Origin: a virus | Reading direction: 5' to 3' (one strand) | IMG/VR virus record: IMGVR_UViG_3300002835_006866 | Coordinates: 1 to 64,000 of that record | DNA: 64,000 nucleotides | Shown: one piece after another, positions 19,340 to 29,137 of the stretch | Position numbering within the stretch: position 1 is the first letter of the stretch | How the letters are laid out: every line of letters starts with the position of its first letter | Position numbers and translations under genes: made by a program | Notes under the pieces: model-generated | Seen by the model: only the letters and a program-made list of their open reading frames with translations | The model's database searches: none | Told to the model about the DNA's origin: nothing

Positions 19340-20389
19340 ATGGCACAAAGCAAACTAATGGAAGCCGCAGCAGAAATCCTTGCAAATAGCAAGAAATCCG
19401 CTACTGGCATGCCACCACAAAAATTACCTGGCGCTGACGCTGTAGACTTGGGTGGGCCAACACCTCAAGACTCTAAGCCTATGGACGATTCTAACAAAAT
19501 CGATGCCACAAAGGCGGCTAAAAGCGCTACTGCACCTACAACTAAACCATCTGCGGCTTCGCCTGATACCCAACTTCATATGAAGTCGGTAAAAGAAGAA
19601 GAAGAAGTTTCAGAAAATGAAGAAGTTCTCGACGAAACTTCGCATATGGATAAAATGAAGAAAAAAATGAAAGAAGATATCGACTCTTTATTTGCAGACG
19701 ACGATACAATTTCGGAAGATTTCAAAGTCAAAGCGGCAACAATTTTTGAAGCTCGTGTACTTGACCGTGTAAATCAAATTCAAGAAGAAATTGAATCGAA
19801 TTATGCTAAGATGCTCGAAGAAGCAGTTGAGTCAATCAAAGCTGACCTAACAGAAAAGATTGATGACTACATGAACTATGTCGTTGAACAGTGGATGGCA
19901 GAAAATGAAATCGCTATCGAATCTGGTCTACGTGCAGAACTTGCCGAAGATTTCATTAATGCTCTGAAGAATGTATTCGTTGAGCATTACATTGATGTTC
20001 CTTCGGATAAGGTTGATGTAGTTGATGAGCTTGCAACACAAGTTGAAGAACTGCAAAGCAAGCTTGACGAAGAAATTGAAAACAACATTAAGTTGAACAA
20101 AGCTTTAGTAGAAGCAGTTAAGAATGAAATTGCAAATGAAGTTTGCGAAGGTCTAACAGCTACACAATCTGAAAAAGTAAAATCGCTTGCAGAGAGCGTA
20201 GAATTTTCCACAGAGGAAGAGTACAGAGGAAAGCTGGAAACCATTCGTGAGAATTACTTCCCTTCTGGCACAAAGAAAGCCGAAGAAAAAGATTTACATG
20301 AGCAAGTAGAAGATGGTTCAGAAAAACAAATTTCTGCCGACCCATACGTTGCCTCTGTAATGAAAGCAATTTCCAAAACAAAAATTTAA
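19340..20389 (+). CDS. gp22: Prohead scaffold protein gp22
   Basis: Acidic coiled coil; F..KAATIFEA, DYMNYVVEQWM.EN..AIE.G; between gp21 and gp23. Confidence 0.92.
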   Translation: MAQSKLMEAAAEILANSKKSATGMPPQKLPGADAVDLGGPTPQDSKPMDDSNKIDATKAAKSATAPTTKPSAASPDTQLHMKSVKEEEEVSENEEVLDETSHMDKMKKKMKEDIDSLFADDDTISEDFKVKAATIFEARVLDRVNQIQEEIESNYAKMLEEAVESIKADLTEKIDDYMNYVVEQWMAENEIAIESGLRAELAEDFINALKNVFVEHYIDVPSDKVDVVDELATQVEELQSKLDEEIENNIKLNKALVEAVKNEIANEVCEGLTATQSEKVKSLAESVEFSTEEEYRGKLETIRENYFPSGTKKAEEKDLHEQVEDGSEKQISADPYVASVMKAISKTKI

Positions 20390-20407
20390 ATAAAAAAAGG
20401 AGTAAAT

Positions 20408-21751
20408 ATGTACTTGTCTGAAAATTTACAACAAAAATGGGAAGGCGTTTTGGATCACCCAGACCTGCCATCCATTAAAGACCCATATCGTAAGGCGGTC
20501 ACAGCAGTTGTTCTAGAAAACCAGATGGTTGAAATGCAAAAAGCCTCTGGCATGCTGAACGAAACTGGTGCACCAACTAACTCGATGGGTAGCACAAACG
20601 GTGGTTTTCAAGGTGGTTCTGCTGCTGCAGGTCCAGTTGCTGGTTTCGATCCAATTTTAATCTCGTTAGTTCGCCGTTCGCTGCCTAACCTGATTGCTTA
20701 TGACGTTTGCGGCGTTCAGCCAATGACTGGTCCTACAGGACTGATCTTCGCTATGCGTACCAAGTATGCATCACAGGGTGGTTCTGAAGCTTTCTACAAC
20801 GAAGCTAATACCGGTTTTGCTGGTCTAGGAACATCTGGTAATCAGCCTTTCACAGAAGGCACTTTGCCAACTGAAGTATTTACTGGTAACGCTGCACCAG
20901 TTGCTGCTATGACTACAGCTCGTGCTGAAGCTCTTGGCGATGGCGCTGCTGCTAACGCTTTCCAAGAAATGGCATTCTCGATTGAGAAAGTCACTGTTAC
21001 TGCTAAGACACGTGCTCTGAAAGCAGAATACTCGATGGAACTTGCACAAGACCTGAAAGCAGTTCATGGTCTGGACGCAGAAACAGAACTGGCTAACATT
21101 CTGTCATCAGAAATTCTTGCTGAAATCAACCGTGAAGTTATCCGTACAATCTATCAAGTTTCGAAGATTGGTGCTCAAGTCGGTACAACTACAGCAGGTG
21201 TATTCAACCTAGACACTGACTCGAACGGTCGCTGGATGGTTGAAAAAGTTAAAGGTCTGGCTTTCCAAATCGAACGTGAAGCTAACACTATTGCAAAGAC
21301 CACTCGTCGTGGTAAAGGTAACATCATGATCTGCTCGTCAGATGTTGCTTCTGCTCTTGCAATGGCTGGTATCCTTGACTACAACTCGGCTCTACAAGGT
21401 CAAGTATCTCTGACAGTTGATGATACTGGTAATACTTTTGCTGGTACAATCTTCGGTCGTATCAAGGTCTACATCGACCCATACTTCCCAGCAGGTTCTT
21501 CATCTGAGTTTGCTGTTGTTGGTTATAAGGGTTCGAACGCTTATGACGCTGGTATTTTCTACTGCCCATACGTTCCTCTGCAAATGGTTCGTGCAGTTGA
21601 TACTGGTACATTCCAGCCAAAGATTGGCTTCAAGACTCGTTACGGTCTAGTTGCTAACCCATTTGCTGAAGGTACTGACCAAGGTCTAGGTGCTCTGAAC
21701 GCTCAGAAGAACAACTACTACCGTGTGTTCCGTATCAGCAACTTGATGTAA
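20408..21751 (+). CDS. gp23: Major capsid protein gp23
   Basis: LISLVRR..PNLIAYDVCGVQPMTGPTGLIFAMR, ELAQDLKAVHGLDAETEL, FYCPYVPL, FQPKIGFKTRYG. Confidence 0.98.
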   Translation: MYLSENLQQKWEGVLDHPDLPSIKDPYRKAVTAVVLENQMVEMQKASGMLNETGAPTNSMGSTNGGFQGGSAAAGPVAGFDPILISLVRRSLPNLIAYDVCGVQPMTGPTGLIFAMRTKYASQGGSEAFYNEANTGFAGLGTSGNQPFTEGTLPTEVFTGNAAPVAAMTTARAEALGDGAAANAFQEMAFSIEKVTVTAKTRALKAEYSMELAQDLKAVHGLDAETELANILSSEILAEINREVIRTIYQVSKIGAQVGTTTAGVFNLDTDSNGRWMVEKVKGLAFQIEREANTIAKTTRRGKGNIMICSSDVASALAMAGILDYNSALQGQVSLTVDDTGNTFAGTIFGRIKVYIDPYFPAGSSSEFAVVGYKGSNAYDAGIFYCPYVPLQMVRAVDTGTFQPKIGFKTRYGLVANPFAEGTDQGLGALNAQKNNYYRVFRISNLM

Positions 21752-21790
21752 TCTTTTAAAAGATGTACCCACCGTTAAGAGTGGAGACTT

Positions 21791-21820
21791 AAAGAGGCAC
21801 CTTCGGGTGCCTCTTTTTTT
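21791..21820 (+). terminator. Intrinsic terminator after gp23
   Basis: AAAGAGGCACC-TTCG-GGTGCCTCTTT plus T tract. Confidence 0.9.
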
Positions 21821-21824
21821 ATAT

Positions 21825-21832
21825 TATAAATA
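21825..21832 (+). promoter_or_regulatory. T4-type late promoter TATAAATA upstream of gp3
   Basis: Exact consensus 5 nt before the ATG (near-leaderless transcript). Confidence 0.7.
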
Positions 21833-21837
21833 ACCGT

Positions 21838-22377
21838 ATGACAGCAATTAATAGAAACCCTAAAAACACCAGTTTTCTTCAACCGAATAAATTTCAGTTG
21901 AATTTTTCACGTTTACCTAACACCCAATTCTTTGTACAAAACTTGAGTGTTCCTGGTATATCTCTTTCTGAAATACCGGTTGCTACTCCATTTGTTGAGA
22001 TGTATTCTCCTGGTGAGAAAGCGATCTATGATTTATTTACGGTAACTTTTATCGTTGATGAAGATTTACAATCATGGAAAGAAATACATGATTGGATTCG
22101 AGCGATGACTTTCCCAACAGAATACAAAGAGTATAAAGATTTGCCTAGACTTAATAAGTATTCTACAAATCAAGTAAGTAAATTTCCACAATTTTCTGAT
22201 GCCACAGTAACTCTACTATCCTCGGCATTTAAACCAAATCTAGTCTTTAGATTTCACGATGTTTTCCCAGTTTCAATATCTTCCTTCATAATGAATGCCT
22301 TAGATGATTCAAACAGCCCTATCACAGCAGATGCCACATTTAGGTATACTTATTACGATGTTGAAAAAATAACTTGA
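21838..22377 (+). CDS. gp3: Tail tube terminator/completion protein gp3
   Basis: FLQPNKF, VPGISL, F.VDEDL..W.EI.DW, F.D.FP.S.S; usual position after gp23. Confidence 0.85.
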   Translation: MTAINRNPKNTSFLQPNKFQLNFSRLPNTQFFVQNLSVPGISLSEIPVATPFVEMYSPGEKAIYDLFTVTFIVDEDLQSWKEIHDWIRAMTFPTEYKEYKDLPRLNKYSTNQVSKFPQFSDATVTLLSSAFKPNLVFRFHDVFPVSISSFIMNALDDSNSPITADATFRYTYYDVEKIT

Positions 22378-22402
22378 CATTTTAACCTCAATGGTATAAA
22401 AT
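22374..22402 (+). promoter_or_regulatory. sigma70-type promoter of uvsY-uvsW
   Basis: TTGACA-N17-TAAAAT, then AGGAGG SD. Confidence 0.7.
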
Positions 22403-22423
22403 TATATCAGGAGGTGTTATAAC

Positions 22424-22858
22424 ATGAAACAAATTGAAGAACTGCTTGAAATGTGGCGTAAAGATTCTGATATAGATCGAACAGAACCTGGAAAAGCCTT
22501 ATTAGATATTCCCAAACTTCATAGTAAGTATTTGAACATTCTTTCAAAGCACAGGTTGCTTGCCAAAGAATCCGAATTTAAGTATAATAAAATGAAGAAA
22601 CTCAAATGGGAATATTATACTGGTAAACTAGATGATGAGACATTGAAGAAATACGGTTGGGAACCATTTTCCCTTTTACTCAAGTCTGATATATCTCTCT
22701 ATATGGAAAGTGATGAAGATATGAACCGTTATCTAGCAAACAAAGCTATGCATGATGAGATTGTTGATCTTTGCACCAGTATTTTAAAAGAGCTAAATAG
22801 TAGGACATTCCAATTAAGGGACTTTATATCATGGGAAAGATTTATACAGGGTGCATGA
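22424..22858 (+). CDS. uvsY: Recombination mediator UvsY
   Basis: W.KDS.ID, IPKLHSKYL, EYYTGK, R.FQ...I.W.RF..G. Confidence 0.9.
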   Translation: MKQIEELLEMWRKDSDIDRTEPGKALLDIPKLHSKYLNILSKHRLLAKESEFKYNKMKKLKWEYYTGKLDDETLKKYGWEPFSLLLKSDISLYMESDEDMNRYLANKAMHDEIVDLCTSILKELNSRTFQLRDFISWERFIQGA

Positions 22859-24317
22859 TTTAAAATTATATAAAAAGGATGAAGTTTACATCCGTTTCGA
22901 ATGTGAAAAAAACTTAGCACAAGAGCTAAGTGACTACTTTACTTTCTATGTCCCAGGGTATCAATTCATTCCAGCCTATAAAAATAGGCTCTGGGATGGA
23001 AAGATTCGCCTCGCCGATTTAAGAACATATAATATTTACGGCGGTCTTTTACCGTACATTCAAAAGTTTTGTGATGAGAGAAAATATAATCTCTATATTG
23101 ATTCTCAATTAAATTCTACAGAAAACTTCTCTCTGATAGAAGCAAAAGAGTTTATTCAAACTTTAAATATTCCTTTTGAAGTTCGTGATTACCAATTAAA
23201 ATCTTTTGTGCAAGCGGTAAGAAACAAGAGGTTGTTGTTACTTTCACCTACTGCATCGGGAAAATCTTTAATATTATATACGATCATAAGATATTTACAG
23301 GCTTCAGATTTTAAAAAAGGTTTATTAATCGTTCCAACAACTTCACTTGTGGAACAAATGTATAAGGATTTTCAAGACTATGGGTACGATTCTGATTCTT
23401 TTTGTCATCGTCAGTATGCTGGTAAGGACAAGACCACGAAAAAATTCTTAACGATTACCACATGGCAATCAATTTATAAAAATGATTCAGAATATTTTGA
23501 ACAATATGATTTTGTATTAGGTGATGAGGCTCACCAGTTCAAAGCAAAGTCATTAACAACAATACTTTCAAATTGTACAACGGCTAGTTATAGAATTGGT
23601 ACAACAGGCACATTAGACGGAACTCAAACTCATAGATTGGTGTTAGAAGGCCTTTTTGGTCCAGTTTACAAAGCAACAACTACATCCGAGTTAATCGAAA
23701 AAGGTCAGTTAGCCAGTTTTAGAATAAAATGTTTGTTACTGAAATATCCTGATGAAATCTGTAAACAAGCCAAAACTTGGGATTACAACCAAGAAATGGA
23801 GTACATAGTAAAAAATAATGCTAGAAATGAATTCATAAAAAATCTTGCCATATCTCTAGAAGGTAATACACTAGTTCTTTTCCAGTTTGTGGAAAAACAT
23901 GGTAAAATGTTACATGAAATGATTTCTTCAAAGTGTGACAATAGAAAAGTATTTTTTGTTTACGGAGGAACAGATGTTGAGATACGTGAATCGGTTAGGT
24001 CGATTACTGAAAAAGAAAACAACGCTATCATCGTTGCTTCTTATGGCACTTTCTCTACTGGTGTCAATATTCGCAACCTACATAATATTATCTTCGCCAG
24101 TCCTTCGAAGTCCAGGGTTAGGAATTTACAGTCGATAGGCCGTGGACTAAGAATAGGCAACAATAAAGAAGAAGCGGTTTTGTTTGACATTGCCGATGAC
24201 TTTAGAATAGGTAAGTTTGTGAATTACACATTAAATCATTTTATTGAACGAGTAAAAATATACGATGAAGAAAAGTTTAACTATAAATTCTACAACATCG
24301 AGCTTAAAAATGCCTGA
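22851..24317 (+). CDS. uvsW: SF2 DNA helicase UvsW
   Basis: WDGKIRL, SPTASGKS, DEAH, LQSIGRGLR. Confidence 0.95.
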   Translation: MHDLKLYKKDEVYIRFECEKNLAQELSDYFTFYVPGYQFIPAYKNRLWDGKIRLADLRTYNIYGGLLPYIQKFCDERKYNLYIDSQLNSTENFSLIEAKEFIQTLNIPFEVRDYQLKSFVQAVRNKRLLLLSPTASGKSLILYTIIRYLQASDFKKGLLIVPTTSLVEQMYKDFQDYGYDSDSFCHRQYAGKDKTTKKFLTITTWQSIYKNDSEYFEQYDFVLGDEAHQFKAKSLTTILSNCTTASYRIGTTGTLDGTQTHRLVLEGLFGPVYKATTTSELIEKGQLASFRIKCLLLKYPDEICKQAKTWDYNQEMEYIVKNNARNEFIKNLAISLEGNTLVLFQFVEKHGKMLHEMISSKCDNRKVFFVYGGTDVEIRESVRSITEKENNAIIVASYGTFSTGVNIRNLHNIIFASPSKSRVRNLQSIGRGLRIGNNKEEAVLFDIADDFRIGKFVNYTLNHFIERVKIYDEEKFNYKFYNIELKNA

Positions 24318-24729
24318 ATTCGAAAACATTAAAATCGTTCGACTACAAACCGGTGAAGATATCATTGCAGATTGTAAACAAGATGAAGAAAACTCTTCAG
24401 TGTTATTAAACAATCCTATGCACATAGTATTTAAAAGAATACCATCAGGAAGAACAGTCATGTTTATGATGCCTTGGCTTCCAATAGAATTGATTAAAGA
24501 AAATTCAGCTACCATATATGATTCTGACATTCTAACTGTTTTTGATCCTAAAGAAGATTTGATAGAGTATTATAGTCAACTTATAACAGATGAAGTTATG
24601 TCTGAGATTGGCGAACAATCTTTGAAAGGTGCTTTGTTTAGTTCAATGGAAGAAGCTGAAGAAGATGACATAGATGAAGAAGAACTTATGAACTTAATGA
24701 GAGAGAAAAGGAATAATAGGGTGCATTGA
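24310..24729 (+). CDS. Conserved T4-like hypothetical protein (Sm-like beta fold, acidic tail)
   Basis: IKIVRL.TGEDIIA, L.NP, PW; usual neighbour of uvsW; start set at ATG 24310. Confidence 0.6.
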   Translation: MPEFENIKIVRLQTGEDIIADCKQDEENSSVLLNNPMHIVFKRIPSGRTVMFMMPWLPIELIKENSATIYDSDILTVFDPKEDLIEYYSQLITDEVMSEIGEQSLKGALFSSMEEAEEDDIDEEELMNLMREKRNNRVH

Positions 24730-25382
24730 TGAATTATGATGATATAGTTGTAAAGAAACCTTGGGGTAAAGAATACCTTTGTTATAGAAATAATGAAGTT
24801 GCTATATGGTATCTTCATATTGAACAAGACAAAGAAACTTCGATGCATTGCCATCCAAATAAGAACACTGGATTTGTTGTATTAAAAGGTAAAGCAAAAC
24901 TTTCTTTTCTCAGAAATTCTGTTGATCTAGAAGGTTTAGATAAGATACACATTTTTAGATCAAGGTTTCATTCAACAAGAGCTGTAACAGATTCTTTTAT
25001 ATTTGAGATTGAAACGCCTGAAGATAAACACGATCTTGTTCGCTTAGACGATGCTTATGGTCGAGCAGGTAAAGAATACGAAGGACAAAATTACCATTTA
25101 CCAAAAGATGAATCTTGTTTTTGGATTGAAGAGGCTTCAGAAAATCCAAAATTAATGTTTATAAATGGTTGTTCGGTAAGACATTTAAAAACATCCAATA
25201 AAGAATTATTGCTAAATAAAGATGAGTCTGAATTGTTTGTCATAACAAGTGGTGGTGTAATTACCGAAAAAAATCAAAAGGTAGTTTGGCCAGGAGATGT
25301 CATAGACGGCAAAACATTAAATAGATTACTTAATTCTTTTGATGTAGAAAAGGACACAACCGTAATACACGTTACTAAGTGA
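24729..25382 (+). CDS. Cupin protein, mannose-6-phosphate isomerase type II-like
   Basis: KPWG.E, SMHCH..K, FH, EIETP, VRLDDAYGR. Confidence 0.75.
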   Translation: MNYDDIVVKKPWGKEYLCYRNNEVAIWYLHIEQDKETSMHCHPNKNTGFVVLKGKAKLSFLRNSVDLEGLDKIHIFRSRFHSTRAVTDSFIFEIETPEDKHDLVRLDDAYGRAGKEYEGQNYHLPKDESCFWIEEASENPKLMFINGCSVRHLKTSNKELLLNKDESELFVITSGGVITEKNQKVVWPGDVIDGKTLNRLLNSFDVEKDTTVIHVTK

Positions 25383-25389
25383 GTTGAAA

Positions 25390-26904
25390 ATGATTGATAT
25401 ATTATTTGTACATCCTAACGCTTCTGAAAAAATTTATCAAGGCCTTGCTAAGAATAACTCCGCTATAGAACCTCCAATCTGGGCAGCCATGTTGGCAAAT
25501 AGTGTGAGAGCAAAAGGGTTTAGACCAGAGATTCTTGATGCTGAAGTTGAAGGCCTAGATTACCTATCTGCTGCCAGAAGAATCACTGAATATAAAGCCA
25601 AAGTTGTTTGTTTTGTTGTATATGGCCAACAACCATCTGCATCTTCCCAAAACATGGAAGGTGCCACTGCAACAGCAAGAGAATTAAAAAATCTACAACC
25701 AAATACATTCGTTGTGTTTGTTGGTGGTCATGTTGCTGCATTGCCTATTGAAACGATGAAACAAGAAACATTCATCGATGCTGTTTGTCAAAACGAAGGT
25801 GTGTATACACTTCATTCTCTTCTGTCGTTACCAAATCTAGAAGAACAATCACTAAAGAAAGTAAAAGGTTTAGTCTTTAGAGATAATGATGGTAATATCA
25901 TTATGAATGAATCTTCACCTATTGTTCCTAAAGATATGCTTGAGCATGACCTGCCTGGTATGGCATGGGACTTATTAAGACCTCTTAGTGAATATAGAAC
26001 AGCAGGTTGGCACTCATGGTCAAATAATACTGAGAAACAACCTTTTGCTGCACTTTATACAAGTCTTGGTTGTCCATACAAATGTTCGTTCTGTATGATT
26101 AATATCATCAACCGAACTAAACAGGGTACAGATGTTGCAAGTGCCGATAGTAATGTTTTCCGTTGGTGGTCACCAGAGTTCATCATCAAACAGTTCGATG
26201 AGATAGCCCGACAAGGTGTTCGAAACATTAAAATTGCTGACGAACTTTTTGTTTTGAATCCTAGGCATTTTGAAGCCATTTGCGATTTGATTATAGAACG
26301 AGGTTATGATTTTAATATCTGGGCATATTCAAGAGTTGATACCTGTAAGCCTAAGTATCTTGATAAACTTGCCAAAGCTGGTGTAAAATGGTTAGGATTA
26401 GGTATTGAAAATCCAAATAATGAATTGAGGAAAGAAATTCATAAAGAAGGATTTCAAGAAGTCAAGGTTTTAGATTTAATCAATATGATTCGTGATGCAG
26501 GAATTAATGTAGGTGGTAATTATATCTTTGGACTTCCTTATGATACACATGAATCAATGCAAGCAACATTAGACTTTGCATTGGAAAATCCAACAGAAAT
26601 GGCTAACTTCTATTCTGCTATGGCATACCCAGGTAGTCCTCTTCATAATCAAGCTCGTATTCTTGGTTTAGATTTGCCTACAACCTATTCTGGTTATAGT
26701 CAACACTCTTATGATACCTTGAATCTTTCTAACGCTCACCTAAGTGCTGCTGAGATTTTGGCATTTAGAGACAAAGCCTGGGACACATATCACTCGAGCG
26801 ACAAATACCTTGGTTTGATGAAAACAAAATTTGGCCAAAAAGCCGTAGATGAACTTGATAGTACCAAAAAAGTTAAGTTGAAAAGAAAATTACTTGGAGA
26901 TTAA
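25390..26904 (+). CDS. Cobalamin-binding radical SAM protein
   Basis: N-terminal B12-binding region (PP..A, VGGH, NEG), GCPYKCSFC, DELF, GIE, IFGLP.DT. Confidence 0.88.
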   Translation: MIDILFVHPNASEKIYQGLAKNNSAIEPPIWAAMLANSVRAKGFRPEILDAEVEGLDYLSAARRITEYKAKVVCFVVYGQQPSASSQNMEGATATARELKNLQPNTFVVFVGGHVAALPIETMKQETFIDAVCQNEGVYTLHSLLSLPNLEEQSLKKVKGLVFRDNDGNIIMNESSPIVPKDMLEHDLPGMAWDLLRPLSEYRTAGWHSWSNNTEKQPFAALYTSLGCPYKCSFCMINIINRTKQGTDVASADSNVFRWWSPEFIIKQFDEIARQGVRNIKIADELFVLNPRHFEAICDLIIERGYDFNIWAYSRVDTCKPKYLDKLAKAGVKWLGLGIENPNNELRKEIHKEGFQEVKVLDLINMIRDAGINVGGNYIFGLPYDTHESMQATLDFALENPTEMANFYSAMAYPGSPLHNQARILGLDLPTTYSGYSQHSYDTLNLSNAHLSAAEILAFRDKAWDTYHSSDKYLGLMKTKFGQKAVDELDSTKKVKLKRKLLGD

Positions 26905-26905
26905 A

Positions 26906-27451
26906 ATGAAATCATTGATTATTACTTATGATAAGTTTCAAGACCATGAGGTTGTTTATCCTTTTTATCGTTTGAAAGAAGAAGGTGATGTTACCTTGAT
27001 GGCACACCAAATTGGAAAAATTTATGGTATTTTAGGTACTAATATGTTATCTAATGCTGTGACTGATGATCTTACTGATCCAATTTTTTCTAAAGAAATG
27101 ATAAGCAGATTTGACCTTCTAGTTATTCCTGGTGGTGTAAAAGCAATGGAAAAAATTAGACAAGAGAAACATGTTATAGATTTTATTTCAGCATGGCATA
27201 AAACAGGTAAAGTAATTGCAAGCACATGTTCTGGCGCCCAGCTATTAATTTCTGCGAAGATCGTAAAGGGAAAAAACATTAGCGCCTATTATGCTATGCA
27301 AGATGATGTTGAAAACGCTGGCGCTATATACTCTAGAGATCCAGTGGTTGTTGATGGCAATATCGTATCATCACCACACTACGATCATATGGGAATTTGG
27401 TTGAAAACTGCTATCGATATGGTGAAAGATGGACAAACAAACACTGCTTGA
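26906..27451 (+). CDS. DJ-1/PfpI family protein
   Basis: FQDHEVVYP, LVIPGG, ASTCSGAQLL nucleophile elbow, VVVDGNIVSS. Confidence 0.85.
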   Translation: MKSLIITYDKFQDHEVVYPFYRLKEEGDVTLMAHQIGKIYGILGTNMLSNAVTDDLTDPIFSKEMISRFDLLVIPGGVKAMEKIRQEKHVIDFISAWHKTGKVIASTCSGAQLLISAKIVKGKNISAYYAMQDDVENAGAIYSRDPVVVDGNIVSSPHYDHMGIWLKTAIDMVKDGQTNTA

Positions 27452-28250
27452 AATATACAAGAAAGCGGCTTTATGCCGTGCTTTCGAAGAAGAAGTCTAC
27501 AGACAGGTTGAGAACAAAAATGTTCGAATACCTGTTTATCTTTCTGCCGGTCAAGAATATATTTCCGCAACTTTGGCCGTATTACTTAAAGACATAGAAA
27601 AACAAATTTTTATTCAGCATCGAGGACATTCTACTTACCTTTCTTTTGGTGGTGATGTCGAACAATTAGTTCTCGAACTATTGGGAGACAAAAGAGGATG
27701 TGCTAACGGTATGGGTGGTTCTGCATCTATACAATCAAAAGAAAAAAACATCTATGGTCACGATGGTTTAATGGGTTCACACGGACCAATTGCTACAGGT
27801 ATGTGTTATGCCAATAAAAAGTTTACGTTATGTTTTACTGGTGACGCTGCAGCTGAAGAAGATTATTTTGTAACATCAATTGGTTGGGCATCAACTAAAA
27901 ACTTACCTATTTGGTATATTGTAGAAGATAACAATTATTCGATTCTAACCGAGAAAAAGGTTCGTCGTAATTGGGAAATGCATGATGTTGCCAAAGCCAT
28001 GAATATGGATGGTTTTAATGTTGAAGATGACCCAGAATCTATGTGGAATGTTATACAACAATGTAGTACAGAAAAACCTTTATTATTAAACATAAACACA
28101 ATTAGATTATTCTGGCATGCTGGTGCGGGTATCGATGACCCCAATGTGTTTGATCGACATAAAGTTTTTACTGAGATGTTTGGCAATGATATTAATCTTG
28201 AAGCTCAAGAACATGTGAAGGAGATTTGGTCAAAATGTCTGCAACGCTAA
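27429..28250 (+). CDS. TPP-dependent dehydrogenase E1 alpha-like subunit
   Basis: YLSAGQE, HRGH, G.GGS, TPP motif GDAAAEE...EDNN. Confidence 0.85.
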   Translation: MDKQTLLEIYKKAALCRAFEEEVYRQVENKNVRIPVYLSAGQEYISATLAVLLKDIEKQIFIQHRGHSTYLSFGGDVEQLVLELLGDKRGCANGMGGSASIQSKEKNIYGHDGLMGSHGPIATGMCYANKKFTLCFTGDAAAEEDYFVTSIGWASTKNLPIWYIVEDNNYSILTEKKVRRNWEMHDVAKAMNMDGFNVEDDPESMWNVIQQCSTEKPLLLNINTIRLFWHAGAGIDDPNVFDRHKVFTEMFGNDINLEAQEHVKEIWSKCLQR

Positions 28251-29137
28251 GAGATGTAATTAAAGAAACTGTTAGACACCATTTAAAGGAAGAAAATGGT
28301 TTGGCTATGGGCCAGTGCCTAACAGCTGTTGGTTGGGTTGGTGGTACACTACCAGAACTATATGAAGAAGATGGTATGGTAGAAGTTTCTATGGCTGATG
28401 TAGCGGGTGGAGGTTTTGCTGTTGGCGCAGCATTGGCAGGAAGAAGGCCAATGTATATCATTCGTTATCAAGGATTCAATTGGTTTAATGCACCAATAAT
28501 TATCAACTATGCTGCCAAGTCTAAAGAGATTTGGGGTGTGCCATGTCCAATGTTTGTTCGTTCAATTGCTATGGAAGGTGGCATTGGTCCAGTTGCCGGT
28601 TCTTCTCACCACGCTTTATATTATAGAATGCCCGGTGTTCGAATCGTTTCACCAATGACACCAGGTGAATATAAAAAAGTTTATAAAGATTTTATGGAAA
28701 GTGATGAAGTCTTTTATGTTTCAGAACACCGAGGCGCTTACAACAATACAGAAGAACTAGAAGATATTAATGATTCTTTTCCAGATATTGTTTTATTTCC
28801 AACTTCTATTACTCGATTTGCTGCACAAGAAGCTGCAAAACAATTATTGAAAGAAGGTTACAGAGTTGCAGTTCACCATATAGTGCAAATAAAACCTTTT
28901 GAACCTAGTGATGAGTCTGTTGTTTCTTTACGCAGAGCTCAAAAAGGTATAGTTCTTGATGATGATTACGTAAATGGTGTTGCTAAATCTCTTGCCTTTG
29001 ATCTGATACAAAAAACAAATGCTACAGTTTATGTTATGGGTTTAGATGATCGCACCGCAGGTTTTTATCCAGAAGTTGATAATCTGCCACCTTCGAAAGA
29101 AAAGATTGTTGAATTTGCTAAAAGGATAATTCGATGA
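28235..29137 (+). CDS. TPP-dependent E1 beta/transketolase C-terminal-like subunit
   Basis: G.AVGAALAG.RP, IINYAAK, SHH, PG..IVSP.TP, SEHR; coupled to the alpha subunit. Confidence 0.82.
   Translation: MSATLRDVIKETVRHHLKEENGLAMGQCLTAVGWVGGTLPELYEEDGMVEVSMADVAGGGFAVGAALAGRRPMYIIRYQGFNWFNAPIIINYAAKSKEIWGVPCPMFVRSIAMEGGIGPVAGSSHHALYYRMPGVRIVSPMTPGEYKKVYKDFMESDEVFYVSEHRGAYNNTEELEDINDSFPDIVLFPTSITRFAAQEAAKQLLKEGYRVAVHHIVQIKPFEPSDESVVSLRRAQKGIVLDDDYVNGVAKSLAFDLIQKTNATVYVMGLDDRTAGFYPEVDNLPPSKEKIVEFAKRIIR

Noticed and set aside
27429-29137. Pyruvate dehydrogenase as a central-metabolism auxiliary gene
   Set aside because: No E2/E3, divergent short subunits, sugar-pathway context
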